31,545 nt of DNA from a virus (lineage: Duplodnaviria > Caudoviricetes): positions 1-31,545 of IMG/VR virus record IMGVR_UViG_3300005805_000296; one strand, 5' to 3'. The translations under genes were made by a program, and so were the position numbers. Below the pieces are notes generated by a model. That model saw nothing but the letters and a program-made list of their open reading frames with translations. It was not told where the DNA came from and did not search any database. Below are positions 16,479 through 25,400 of this stretch, in pieces. Numbering within the stretch: position 1 is the stretch's first letter; every line of letters begins with the position of its first letter.

Positions 16479-17028
16479 TGTGATCCATAAGAATTTAAAA
16501 ATCGAGAATCTGAAACCTGCGCCATGGCGGTGCAACTATGTACAGGCTCCAGAGATGAAAGTTTTAGCTCAATCAATAGTCGAGCATGGTTGGATATATC
16601 CCATCGTTGTTTCTTCTTCAACGATGGAAATAATCGATGGTTTTCATCGTTGGGTTTGCGCTCAAAATGAAACATCAATCCTGGAACGCGACGGCGGTGT
16701 TGTTCCGTGTCTTTTGGTTGATGTAAGTGGAATAGATGCCCGGATAATGCACGTTCAGTTAAACCGGCCCAAAGGTTCTCTTGTGGCAAAAAAACTGTCT
16801 GACTTGATCCGCCACGTTGTTCATTCCCGAAAATACAAAGATCAAGATCTTCAAAAAAAACTCATGATGACCAATCAGGAATTTGAACTATTACTTGACG
16901 GAACTCTTCTTAAGGGTAAAAAACTTTCAGAACATACTTACTCAAGAGCTTGGGTTCCTGTTGAGGCTGAAGCGGGTGTGTCTATTCAGGCCGTGGAAAT
17001 AGAAAAGCCGCCAAATCCGGATAGGTAA
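16453..17028 (+). CDS. ParB/Srx N-terminal domain protein, IbrB-like
   Basis: NYVQAPEMKVLAQSIVEHGWIYPIVV, IIDGFHRW, QLNRPKG. In-frame GTG at 16480 is an alternative start. Confidence 0.82.
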   Translation: MQTSELRFDVIHKNLKIENLKPAPWRCNYVQAPEMKVLAQSIVEHGWIYPIVVSSSTMEIIDGFHRWVCAQNETSILERDGGVVPCLLVDVSGIDARIMHVQLNRPKGSLVAKKLSDLIRHVVHSRKYKDQDLQKKLMMTNQEFELLLDGTLLKGKKLSEHTYSRAWVPVEAEAGVSIQAVEIEKPPNPDR

Positions 17029-17048
17029 ATATCCAGAGGCGCAACCAG

Positions 17049-17057
17049 TGTTAGAAT
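17049..17057 (+). promoter_or_regulatory. Extended -10 (TGtTAGAAT) at the start of the neck/tail operon
   Basis: Intergenic; followed by GAAAGG RBS and ATG 17082. Confidence 0.6.
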
Positions 17058-17081
17058 TTGTGTAGCCAGAAAGGCTTATTT

Positions 17082-17312
17082 ATGGTTGTACCTAACAAAA
17101 CTCCAGACGTGGAACCTCTTCCGGATCCAGTTCCAGGCACTGGCATAGCTCCAGGTCGTCGCCCTCGATGGTTGCGAAGGGCTGCCGCCTATGCGCTTCG
17201 CCGTGGTGCAGATGCAACCCAGCGTCAGGGAAGAAGAAGAACCGCAGCAGGCCAGGGCAGAGCGCTGGTTCGCGAAAGACGAAGACGCCTACTTGGTGGC
17301 GTTTCGGCTTAA
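17082..17312 (+). CDS. 76-aa Pro/Arg-rich basic protein
   Basis: Own promoter and RBS; multiple Arg runs. Confidence 0.7.
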   Translation: MVVPNKTPDVEPLPDPVPGTGIAPGRRPRWLRRAAAYALRRGADATQRQGRRRTAAGQGRALVRERRRRLLGGVSA

Positions 17313-17331
17313 TCTCAAATTGGAGAACTAG

Positions 17332-18195
17332 ATGTTGGTTTCGGTATCGGAATTAAGAACATACATGGACGTCAGTTTGACTAACAGGCAGGTTGACGCG
17401 GCGGAGCTTGTTCTGTCCGGTCTACAGAGCGAGCTTGAAGCGTACCTGGGCAGACCAATAGAGATAGAAGAACACGTCGAGGAATATACGATTCCTTCGT
17501 CTGCTTACGCCCTTCCTGAAACAAGTTTCTTTTATGAGGGTGACAGAAGCACAACACAGTCCATGGTTGAGCATGTAATTCCTGCGGTTCATTTGCCATT
17601 ACGCAGATCTCCGGTGATCTCCGTGGCCAGTGTTTTCCTATCATCAATTACTACTCAGATGTATTTGGGTGAAGTTGCGCAGAAAAATGCAACAATATCC
17701 GCAGCCACGTCCACCTCTTCGTTTATTACATACACAACTCTTTCCGCACACAAAATTACCGTTGGGCAGAGAGTTTCCTTGTCTAATATTTCGCCTGGTA
17801 ATTATAATTATTCTGCTGCTGAAGTTCTTGAAGTTACATCAACAACATTTAAAATTAAAAATCCGACAGGCTCCGCATTGCCGACCTACGTTTCTGGTGG
17901 GTCAGCTCTGGCGGTTGGTAGCGGATACATTGTTCATCGTTGGGGTTTGGAAGTTTTTGGTGGTGTACCAAATGACATTCTCACAGTGACGTATACAGGC
18001 GGCCTGGATGGAAGCAACATAGCAACAATGAAACTGATGATTCTTCGAGCAGCAACTCGCGAAATGCAGAATATGCACGACGATGTTGTTGGTGTTAAGG
18101 ATTTAAATCCTCGAAACGTGGCCGTTGCTGAAACTGGATTTCTGGAAAAAGAACTTTCCATCTTAAAGAGTTTTAGACGCAGGAGAATTAGCTAA
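17332..18195 (+). CDS. Head-tail adaptor (HK97 gp6 / SPP1 gp15-like) with an inserted beta domain
   Basis: LVSVSELRTYM, ELEAYLGR, LRRSPVISVASV, VTYTGG, SILKSFRR; first gene of the neck cluster. Confidence 0.8.
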   Translation: MLVSVSELRTYMDVSLTNRQVDAAELVLSGLQSELEAYLGRPIEIEEHVEEYTIPSSAYALPETSFFYEGDRSTTQSMVEHVIPAVHLPLRRSPVISVASVFLSSITTQMYLGEVAQKNATISAATSTSSFITYTTLSAHKITVGQRVSLSNISPGNYNYSAAEVLEVTSTTFKIKNPTGSALPTYVSGGSALAVGSGYIVHRWGLEVFGGVPNDILTVTYTGGLDGSNIATMKLMILRAATREMQNMHDDVVGVKDLNPRNVAVAETGFLEKELSILKSFRRRRIS

Positions 18196-18647
18196 TGTAT
18201 GCGTTTGCTGATGTAAAAATTTCTGGCGTAGAAAAAACACAAGCTCGTTTCGCCGGGATGATTCTAAGATCCAAATCTTTTGAGCCAATTTTTATTAAAG
18301 CAAAAAAGAAAGTCGAATCGGCTAATGCTGCCAACTTTGCCGCCAACGGTTTGCCGGCGGGCGGATGGGCTCCGCTTGATCCGCAGTATGCCGCGTTTAA
18401 GGCAGCAAAGTATCCCGGGAAGCCAACACTTGTCGGTAATGGAAGACTGTTCAGAAGTGTTGCCTCCATGACGAGCTCGGTTTCTTCCATCTCGCCAACA
18501 AAAGCAGAATTTGGCACCAATGTCGAATATGCAAAGTTTCATCAATACGGCACGCGGTTCATGCCAAAACGTAAGATTATTTTCGAACCGCAGGGTTTTT
18601 CGAGAGAAACAGCCAATGATGCTGTTCAGTGGATTGTTGCGGAATAG
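18195..18647 (+). CDS. Virion morphogenesis protein (Mu gpG / P2 gpS-like)
   Basis: GWAPL, LVGNGRLFRS, FGTNVEYAKFHQYGTRFMPKR. Confidence 0.85.
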   Translation: MYAFADVKISGVEKTQARFAGMILRSKSFEPIFIKAKKKVESANAANFAANGLPAGGWAPLDPQYAAFKAAKYPGKPTLVGNGRLFRSVASMTSSVSSISPTKAEFGTNVEYAKFHQYGTRFMPKRKIIFEPQGFSRETANDAVQWIVAE

Positions 18648-18649
18648 AA

Positions 18650-19267
18650 ATGCCAACAACCCCAATCCCAACAGGCGAGTTGATGTATGGCGCACACTTT
18701 GCCAAAGATTATGTAACAAGTTTTCTACAAGATGACTTACCGACGCGCCTACTCCGATACAGGAATGGGTGGAATTTAGATGATAACTCTTTACCAAATC
18801 CAGAGACTTACACCAGTTATGAGCCACTCGCGTTAGATTCCTGGCCAACGATTATTACCGTGGCCATCAACGCAAAGTCTTTTTCACGTTTTTCCCACAC
18901 CCAAGCGATGGACCCCTTATATAACGTCACTTACGCATTGAGAACATATGTATGGGTTAGGGCTGAGGGATCCGGTGAGGCAACAATTATGCGAGATCGC
19001 TTGACTGCTGTTGTTAGGTCGGCCCTTTTGGATTATCCGTGTTTCAACAAACACAACACCACCAGGGACGCTCGCGTAGAGGAAAACTCAATGAGCGAGG
19101 AATATTCGGATTTGACTTTGTTGAAAGGTGACAGGGTTATGGCTGGTGCGTTTATCGGATATGACGTAACCATCGAGGAAGTAATTACAAGAAAAGCAAT
19201 TGGAATATTTCAAGACTACGAATTAGATATTGATACTGTCCCCCTAAATAGCTCTATGACTGTATAA
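18650..19267 (+). CDS. Putative tail terminator/completion protein
   Basis: Position before the sheath gene, size and alpha/beta pattern. ATG 18650 follows the previous stop. Confidence 0.6.
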   Translation: MPTTPIPTGELMYGAHFAKDYVTSFLQDDLPTRLLRYRNGWNLDDNSLPNPETYTSYEPLALDSWPTIITVAINAKSFSRFSHTQAMDPLYNVTYALRTYVWVRAEGSGEATIMRDRLTAVVRSALLDYPCFNKHNTTRDARVEENSMSEEYSDLTLLKGDRVMAGAFIGYDVTIEEVITRKAIGIFQDYELDIDTVPLNSSMTV

Positions 19268-19268
19268 T
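19263..19268 (+). promoter_or_regulatory. -10 TATAAT, leaderless
   Basis: 6 nt upstream of ATG 19275; no SD. Confidence 0.55.
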
Positions 19269-19274
19269 CGTTAC

Positions 19275-19733
19275 ATGACTTTTTTTAAAAGCGTACTTGA
19301 CGCCAGCGATGCGACACTCGATGTCGGCCAGATTTTGGTTAAGAACACTTCTGGTAGACCATTCAGAGTGAGTACGGTTGGTGTTTTGACACCAACTGGC
19401 GGACTCGCCATTGTCGATGCTGCAGATCCAATTGTTGTCCACAATTTGCACAATAAGAGAATTGCCGAAGTTAAGGCTTCAAAATCGACAACAAAGCCAG
19501 CAGAGGAAACGAAGCCGGCAGCAAGCAAGAAATCAAAGAAGAAGAAGCAGTCGGAAGAAGCTCAAAGCGAAGAACCAGCGAGCGATGAGTCTTCTGAGGA
19601 AGTAACAGAAGAAGTAACAGAAGAAGTAATTGTCGAACCGGAGACCACTGAGGAAGAATCAGCCCCAGTTGAAACCGTCGACGCTGTAGAAGAATTGAAA
19701 GTTACGCCAGACATGGCTAACGATTCACTATAA
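19275..19733 (+). CDS. Hypothetical pre-sheath protein with basic then acidic disordered tail
   Basis: Short globular N-terminus, KKSKKKK, E-rich tail. Confidence 0.75.
   Translation: MTFFKSVLDASDATLDVGQILVKNTSGRPFRVSTVGVLTPTGGLAIVDAADPIVVHNLHNKRIAEVKASKSTTKPAEETKPAASKKSKKKKQSEEAQSEEPASDESSEEVTEEVTEEVIVEPETTEEESAPVETVDAVEELKVTPDMANDSL
19599..19629 (+). repeat. 12-bp tandem repeat x2.6 (EVTE)
   Basis: gaagtaacagaa gaagtaacagaa gaagtaa. Confidence 0.85.
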
Positions 19734-19777
19734 TCGCAGTAGCTCATATTCATAGCTGATCTCCTACTTTCGGAGGA
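19729..19777 (+). promoter_or_regulatory. -10 TATAAT (19729-19734) and GGAGGA RBS for the sheath gene
   Basis: Direct sequence match. Confidence 0.5.
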
Positions 19778-19781
19778 AAAA

Positions 19782-21251
19782 ATGCCAGGTGTAGTCGTAA
19801 CAACAGCGGTCAGAACAGGCCCAACAAATACCCAAGTAACTCCAACTGCAACATTGTTTGTTGCGGGCGTTACTACGCGTGGTCCAGAAGGCAAAGCTGT
19901 TGCAGTCACAAGCATCGCCGACTACGAAGCTATTTATGGTGGACCAACCACAAGTGGTTGGGTTCATCAAACTCTCACTTCGTTTTTTGAAGAGGGTGGA
20001 GCACGTGCTTACGTTTCTCGAGTAGTGGTGGATAGCGCAGTAGCCGCGACACTTGACCTCGACGATGCATCGGGCGATCCAGCAGTCACGCTTACAGCAT
20101 CCGGCGAAGGCACTTGGGCAAACGGTGGAAACCTCCAAGCTGCAGTTTCCCACATTGGAGATAATTTTAAAATTGCGATTTCATTCAATGGAGAAGTCGT
20201 ATACACAACAGCAAGTCACGCGAAATCCGAAACAGGTGCATCAAGCGCAGTTGACGAACTCAACGGCAACGCAACTGCCGGCCTATATGTCACAGCGGCT
20301 CTTGGCGTCGGAACATTCCCTGAAGTCGCCGCCGCATCAAACTTCGCCGGTGGTGTTGACAGCGTTGGCAACGAGTTGGTTGACGACAGCGACCTTGCAG
20401 AAGCTCTCGCGTTCTTTATCGATTCGTATGGACCTGGCGCAGTTTGCGCACCAGGCTTCTACTCTTCTGACAACTACGACAAGCTAATCGCACACGCCGT
20501 GGCCTACGGAAGAATTGCGATTCTTGGTTTTGATCGCGATGATTCAGCATCAAGTGCTGCCGCAGACGCTGCATCATACGCAGACGTTACTGGCGCAGAA
20601 TATGCTGCTTTCTATTATCCTTGGGTGAAAGTTCCAAACGGAAACCTCACTTCGGTTATTCCGTGTGAAGGATATGTAGCGGCAAAGCGTGCAAAAGTAC
20701 AAAACGAATCTGGTCCATGGTCGGCTTATGCTGGCGCTGCATCACAGGCAACTTTTGTTACCGCACCTTATGTTGTTCTGTCATCGGCTAACGAAAATTC
20801 GTTGGTTAATGCAGCAGTTAACCCAATCAAACTGGTTAACGGAACGACAAGAATTTATGGTGCTCGCTCCGTTTCGAGTGATGTAGCAAACTTCCGTTTC
20901 ATTACAGGACGCGAAACAGTTAACTACATCGTCTATCAGGCGAGAACAGGTCTTGAAGCTTTGGTGTTCCAACCAATTGATGGCCGTCGCGCGTTGTTTG
21001 CAAGAATTGCTTCAACGTTGGTGGCAATCATGGAAAGAATCCGTATAGGTGGCGGCGTTTATGAAGCAATTGATGCAACAGGAAAATTGGTTGACCCCGG
21101 CTATTCGGTTGTGGTCAATGACTCGCTTAACCCTGTTTCTCAATTGGCTAGCGGAACGATTAAAGCAAAAATTGGCGCCAGAATCTCTTCGATTGGTGAA
21201 ACAATCGAAATTGAAATTGTTAAATCAAACCTTACGGCGTCACTCGTCTAA
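19782..21251 (+). CDS. Contractile tail sheath protein
   Basis: MPGVVV, TRGP, FFEEGGARAYVSRV, GTWAN, AAFYYPWVKV, VNPI...RIYGARS. Confidence 0.95.
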   Translation: MPGVVVTTAVRTGPTNTQVTPTATLFVAGVTTRGPEGKAVAVTSIADYEAIYGGPTTSGWVHQTLTSFFEEGGARAYVSRVVVDSAVAATLDLDDASGDPAVTLTASGEGTWANGGNLQAAVSHIGDNFKIAISFNGEVVYTTASHAKSETGASSAVDELNGNATAGLYVTAALGVGTFPEVAAASNFAGGVDSVGNELVDDSDLAEALAFFIDSYGPGAVCAPGFYSSDNYDKLIAHAVAYGRIAILGFDRDDSASSAAADAASYADVTGAEYAAFYYPWVKVPNGNLTSVIPCEGYVAAKRAKVQNESGPWSAYAGAASQATFVTAPYVVLSSANENSLVNAAVNPIKLVNGTTRIYGARSVSSDVANFRFITGRETVNYIVYQARTGLEALVFQPIDGRRALFARIASTLVAIMERIRIGGGVYEAIDATGKLVDPGYSVVVNDSLNPVSQLASGTIKAKIGARISSIGETIEIEIVKSNLTASLV

Positions 21252-21270
21252 TCCATACGGAGGATAGATA

Positions 21271-21717
21271 ATGTCAAAAAAACTTGCTCAGAGACAAATA
21301 TTTGCTGAGATCACACCACTTAGTGGTCAGGACGTGACTGGTGCAGCCATAACTGGATACTTCGCTCAAATTTCTGGCGGAGAAATCACGGCAGCTGTCG
21401 AAAAGATCTATGTTGGTGGAGAGAAGTTCCCAGAAGTTCTTTGCGCCCCATCCGAGGTCGGCGACGTAACCCTCACCAGACATTATTCATCCGATGAAAG
21501 AACAATCCTTAAGGATCTTCGCAATGTTGTCGGTAGGGCATATTACGAAATCAAGGTTTATGACACAAACTGTGACTTGATTTCTCATCAATCGGAGCGC
21601 ATCTACGCCAAGGCCCTTTTGGTTGGTTTGACTGAACCGGACGGCGATTCTTCGTCTGGCGCGCCAGCAACTTTTGCCATGACATTCGCTGTCAGTGGCG
21701 GCCCAACCCAAGCCTAA
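21271..21717 (+). CDS. Tail tube protein
   Basis: 148 aa directly after sheath; FAQISGG, GDVTLTR, DSSSGAPATFAMTF. Confidence 0.85.
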   Translation: MSKKLAQRQIFAEITPLSGQDVTGAAITGYFAQISGGEITAAVEKIYVGGEKFPEVLCAPSEVGDVTLTRHYSSDERTILKDLRNVVGRAYYEIKVYDTNCDLISHQSERIYAKALLVGLTEPDGDSSSGAPATFAMTFAVSGGPTQA

Positions 21718-21747
21718 TAAGGGTTCCGCCATCATCCTGGCATGACT

Positions 21748-21756
21748 TGCTAGTGT
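21748..21756 (+). promoter_or_regulatory. Extended -10 (TGcTAGTGT), leaderless
   Basis: 7 nt upstream of ATG 21764; no SD. Confidence 0.5.
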
Positions 21757-21763
21757 TGCGTCC

Positions 21764-22267
21764 ATGACCAACGACAACAACCTATACGAAATTGAGCACG
21801 AAGTCCCCAGTGAGTTCCCCGAAGACAATGTTTTGGGTCAACTCAAAAACGTGATTGCAAAGAAAGTTAAGCGCAAGCCGATCTTTCTTAGCGTCCCCGA
21901 GCGGCCAGGTGTGCAGGTTTTGGTAAGTCCAAACATCACACAGAACCAAATTAAAGCATGGCAAAAGAATTGTGGCTCCGAATCCAAGAGTGGAATCGAT
22001 CCAACAAAATTTGCGTGCACAGTTATTGGACACACAACAATCGGTATTTTTCTAAACGGTGAAGAGGTTTACGAAGACGGCAAGTCTTTGGGTTTTGCTT
22101 CTCCATCAGTTTTGGAAATGACAAATACCAAGCGGGCTATCCCCGATGCAGTTCAAGCTTTCTTCGGCTTGGATCCGCACGTGGAATCAGCTGCTCTCAC
22201 AATCATTGATCAAGCCGGATACGGTGACACAGTGGAGAGTACTGAAAACCCTACGATGCAGTCCTAG
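21764..22267 (+). CDS. Tail assembly chaperone (lambda gpG equivalent)
   Basis: Between tube and tape measure; ends in ENPT at a slippery site. Confidence 0.8.
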   Translation: MTNDNNLYEIEHEVPSEFPEDNVLGQLKNVIAKKVKRKPIFLSVPERPGVQVLVSPNITQNQIKAWQKNCGSESKSGIDPTKFACTVIGHTTIGIFLNGEEVYEDGKSLGFASPSVLEMTNTKRAIPDAVQAFFGLDPHVESAALTIIDQAGYGDTVESTENPTMQS

Positions 22268-22443
22268 ATTTTCTCAGCGAAGACAATCGTGTAGTTACTG
22301 CTGCACGGCTGGCTGAAGCTTTTGGGGCTAGTCCAATTGAAATGCTCAATGTGACCGTCGATGAATGGCTCATTTTGGTTGCTTGTGGTAAAGTTATTGA
22401 GGCGGATCGTGAGAAAGCGGAACGCGAATCACGAGGCTATTAG
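22246..22443 (+). CDS. -1 frameshift extension of the tail chaperone (gpGT equivalent)
   Basis: Heptamer A AAC CCT at 22246-22252. The -1 frame is open from 22246 to TAG 22443 (YDAVLDFLSEDNRVVTAARLAEAFGASPIEMLNVTVDEW...RGY*) with no convincing own start. Confidence 0.85.
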   Translation, partial: KPYDAVLDFLSEDNRVVTAARLAEAFGASPIEMLNVTVDEWLILVACGKVIEADREKAERESRGY

Positions 22444-22474
22444 CCCTATATTTTATGCATAATTGAGGTTTTGA

Positions 22475-25400
22475 GTGGCTGACGAACGCGTATCCATAAT
22501 CATAGATGTAGACGTAAAAGACGTCGCGTCTATTGCTGCGGTACAGGGCGCTCTTGCCAATCTCAATAAAAGCCAAAAAGCTCAAGCTCTCTCCATGAGA
22601 ATTATGCGTGGGGACAGCGATAAAGCATCAAAAAGCTTGGTTGGTGCAGCTGCGAGCGCAAACAAATTGAAAGACAGACTTGGCAAGCTTGGCGGCGCAA
22701 CCAAAATCTTGAGCAAACTATTTCGGGTTTTGATGTTTGCCGTTATAGGAATGGGCATCGAATTTCTTATCACCGCAGCAGCCCTTGCTTCCGTTAATTT
22801 AATTTTTGCAGCCGGAAAGTTCTTGGCTAAATCGTACAACTTTGCCATGCAGGCTTTAGCTGGGGCAGTTGCAGCTGTTGGAGTTGCCGCTATTGGTGCC
22901 GCCGCAGCATTCAGGGAGTTTACGGCCGCACAGTCGGCGTTCAGATACAAGGGTGGAGACAATGTTGCGGCTGGAATAGATTCGGCAACTGGAGCTTTGC
23001 AAAATCTTTACCAAGACTCAACTTTGGCGACAGCCGGAATCACGTCACTAAATGAGGCGTTTGCGGCAGTTGGAAAAAACTCTGCTTTCACGCCACAGAC
23101 ACAAGCCGGACTTCGAGCGATGATGGACTTTGCTGCTGCTTCCGGCGACACGAGCAAGGGCCTTAGTGCCGCCGCAACGTTTTTGGGTATTGTTCAAAAA
23201 GAGTCTAAGTTTACGCAGGAAGCTCTTGCTGCAGCAAAACAAATTGGTCCAGAATTTGACAAAGCTTTCAAGAAACTACGTGGACAAGGAAAGATAAATA
23301 CAACAGCAGATTTCTTTGAACTGCTCAAATCTGGAGGTCTCGCAAAAGAGGCTGGAGTGCTCGGTGCCGGCAGCATAGTTCAGCAAACACTTTTTGCTCA
23401 GTTCAAAGGTGTGCTGACGAAACTTTACGGAGAAATGTCGAGTATGGGTGGGCAATTATTGAACCCATTTAAGAAAACTCTCAACTCCATGTTCGTCGTC
23501 GTCAGGACAACAATGAGGAGAATAAGTACCGATTTGCTTAGGTTCGGATCGAAAGATTTCCAATCCGGCATGGTTACCATGACCCAAAAAATTTCGAACT
23601 TCAGCGTTACTTTGTTTAGAAAGTTTCTCCCGGCAGTAGACGGATTTTTTGGTCGAATCAACAAGGTGTATGTATCGATGTATCGATACACAAGTAGGTT
23701 TCTTGATGTAATCAGACCGTTGCGCGAAGGCGGAAGCGTAATTATAGAAACGTTCGGCAAGCCGATTTCTGAAATTTTTAAATCGTTTGGTAGGAATATC
23801 CAAAATCTTGCTGATCTCGGAGTGCAAAATAAAGACAAATTTCTTGCATTCGGGGAATCATTAAAAACTTTTGTTGCATCATTTTTTGATATGTCTTCTG
23901 GTCTTAAGGACGCGTTTACTGCAGCTCTCCCGATCATCAACCAATTCATTGATGCTATTTCGCTCGTGATGAGACTTATTGGTGATGTTTTCCGAACGCT
24001 TGGGAAAATGGGGCCGCTTGCATCATTTCTTGGCGTTTTTGGTGTCGCCGCAGCATCCCTTAAAGGAAAAAGACGCGGCGCCGGTGGTGTTCTTGGGGGG
24101 TTAGCCAGCAGAGTGAATGGCGTTCCGGGCGCCATGACCGACGCCGATGGTCTTTCTGGTGCGATGTCTGCTGCTGGAAATAAGTTGAGTGGTTCGGGGG
24201 ATAAATTAAATGCTGCTGCCGATAATTTGAATCGAGCTGCATCAAGCCAGGTTCAAGCAACTGCTCAAATGAGCAACATGTTGACCACACAGATGTCTGC
24301 ATTATCTCAAATGGGTGCTCAATCAATGGGCGGTTACACAAAACCTGTTTTGTCTGGCGGGAAGAGATTGAAAGACGGAACATACGCAGCACCACCACGA
24401 CCATTAGGTATGCCTCAACAGATGTATGACCATCAACTGAAACTTTGGAATAATCAAATGGCCATATCCGATGGCGACATGTCCTCTGTTTTTGGTCCGG
24501 CTGGAAGTCTTGGATACGCCGAGGGTATGGCAAACATGCACGGCACCGTTGGTTTAGAAGATCTTTATACTGCTGGTGGGGCAACGTCCGGATTTGATTT
24601 AGGGGATTTTGATATTGGGGCGGCAACCAAAGACAAAAACGCAATGCACTATAAGCGAATGGAAAAGCTGGATGAGACAGTTCTGCGAATGAAGAATAAT
24701 ACCGCTGCAGCTGCAGCTGGTATGCCGGCCGTGGATCCCTTTGGCGTGCCCTCAAGCAGTATGACTGTAGATCCTTTTGGTGATCCAACAGGTTCGGGTC
24801 TCACTGGAGCCACAACTGGCGGGGGTAGCTTCCGTCGATTTTTGAAGAGACCCAACAAGCAGGAATTCAAAGATTTCATGAGACAGCGAGGAGTAGCAGG
24901 TAAAAGAGGTTTTAAGGGAATTTTTACGGAAGACAAGCTCGGCTTAAAGAAGCTTGGTACGGGATTTTTAGGCGGTGGAGCGGCCAAAGAAAGATACATG
25001 GCAAGCATGGAAGCCGACTCTAAAGCTGGACGAAAACCGTCTAGGGGGCGAGCACTAAAAGCTGGTATAGGCGCAAATCTTGGTTTGGCTTCCATGGCTT
25101 TGGGTATGGGGGCCAGCAAGCTGGCTGGCAGATACGGATCCGAAGAATCACAAAGCTCACTCCAAGCTGGGGCCGCTATGGCTGCTATGTCACCACTTGC
25201 CGGTGCTGCCGTTGCTGGTCTTGGAACAATGATGACATCACAAACAAGAGCAGGTGGAGTTGCTAGCGGCGCACTTGGTGGTGCGGCGGCTGGTGCTTTA
25301 ATTGGAAGCGTTATCCCTGGAGTTGGAACAGCACTGGGTGCTTTGATTGGTGGCGCCGGTGGGGCCATCGCTGGTTGGATTAAGTCCGGCTCAAACATGA

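Noticed and set aside
17280-17312. RRLLGG resembling a ubiquitin-like C-terminus
   Set aside because: No beta-grasp-like sequence precedes it, and no E1/E2/JAB genes are in the window.
19761-21266. Small hairpins overlapping the SD of the sheath (CTCC/GGAG) and tube (TCC/GGA) genes
   Set aside because: Stems of only 3-5 bp; too weak to claim translational control without folding or conservation data.
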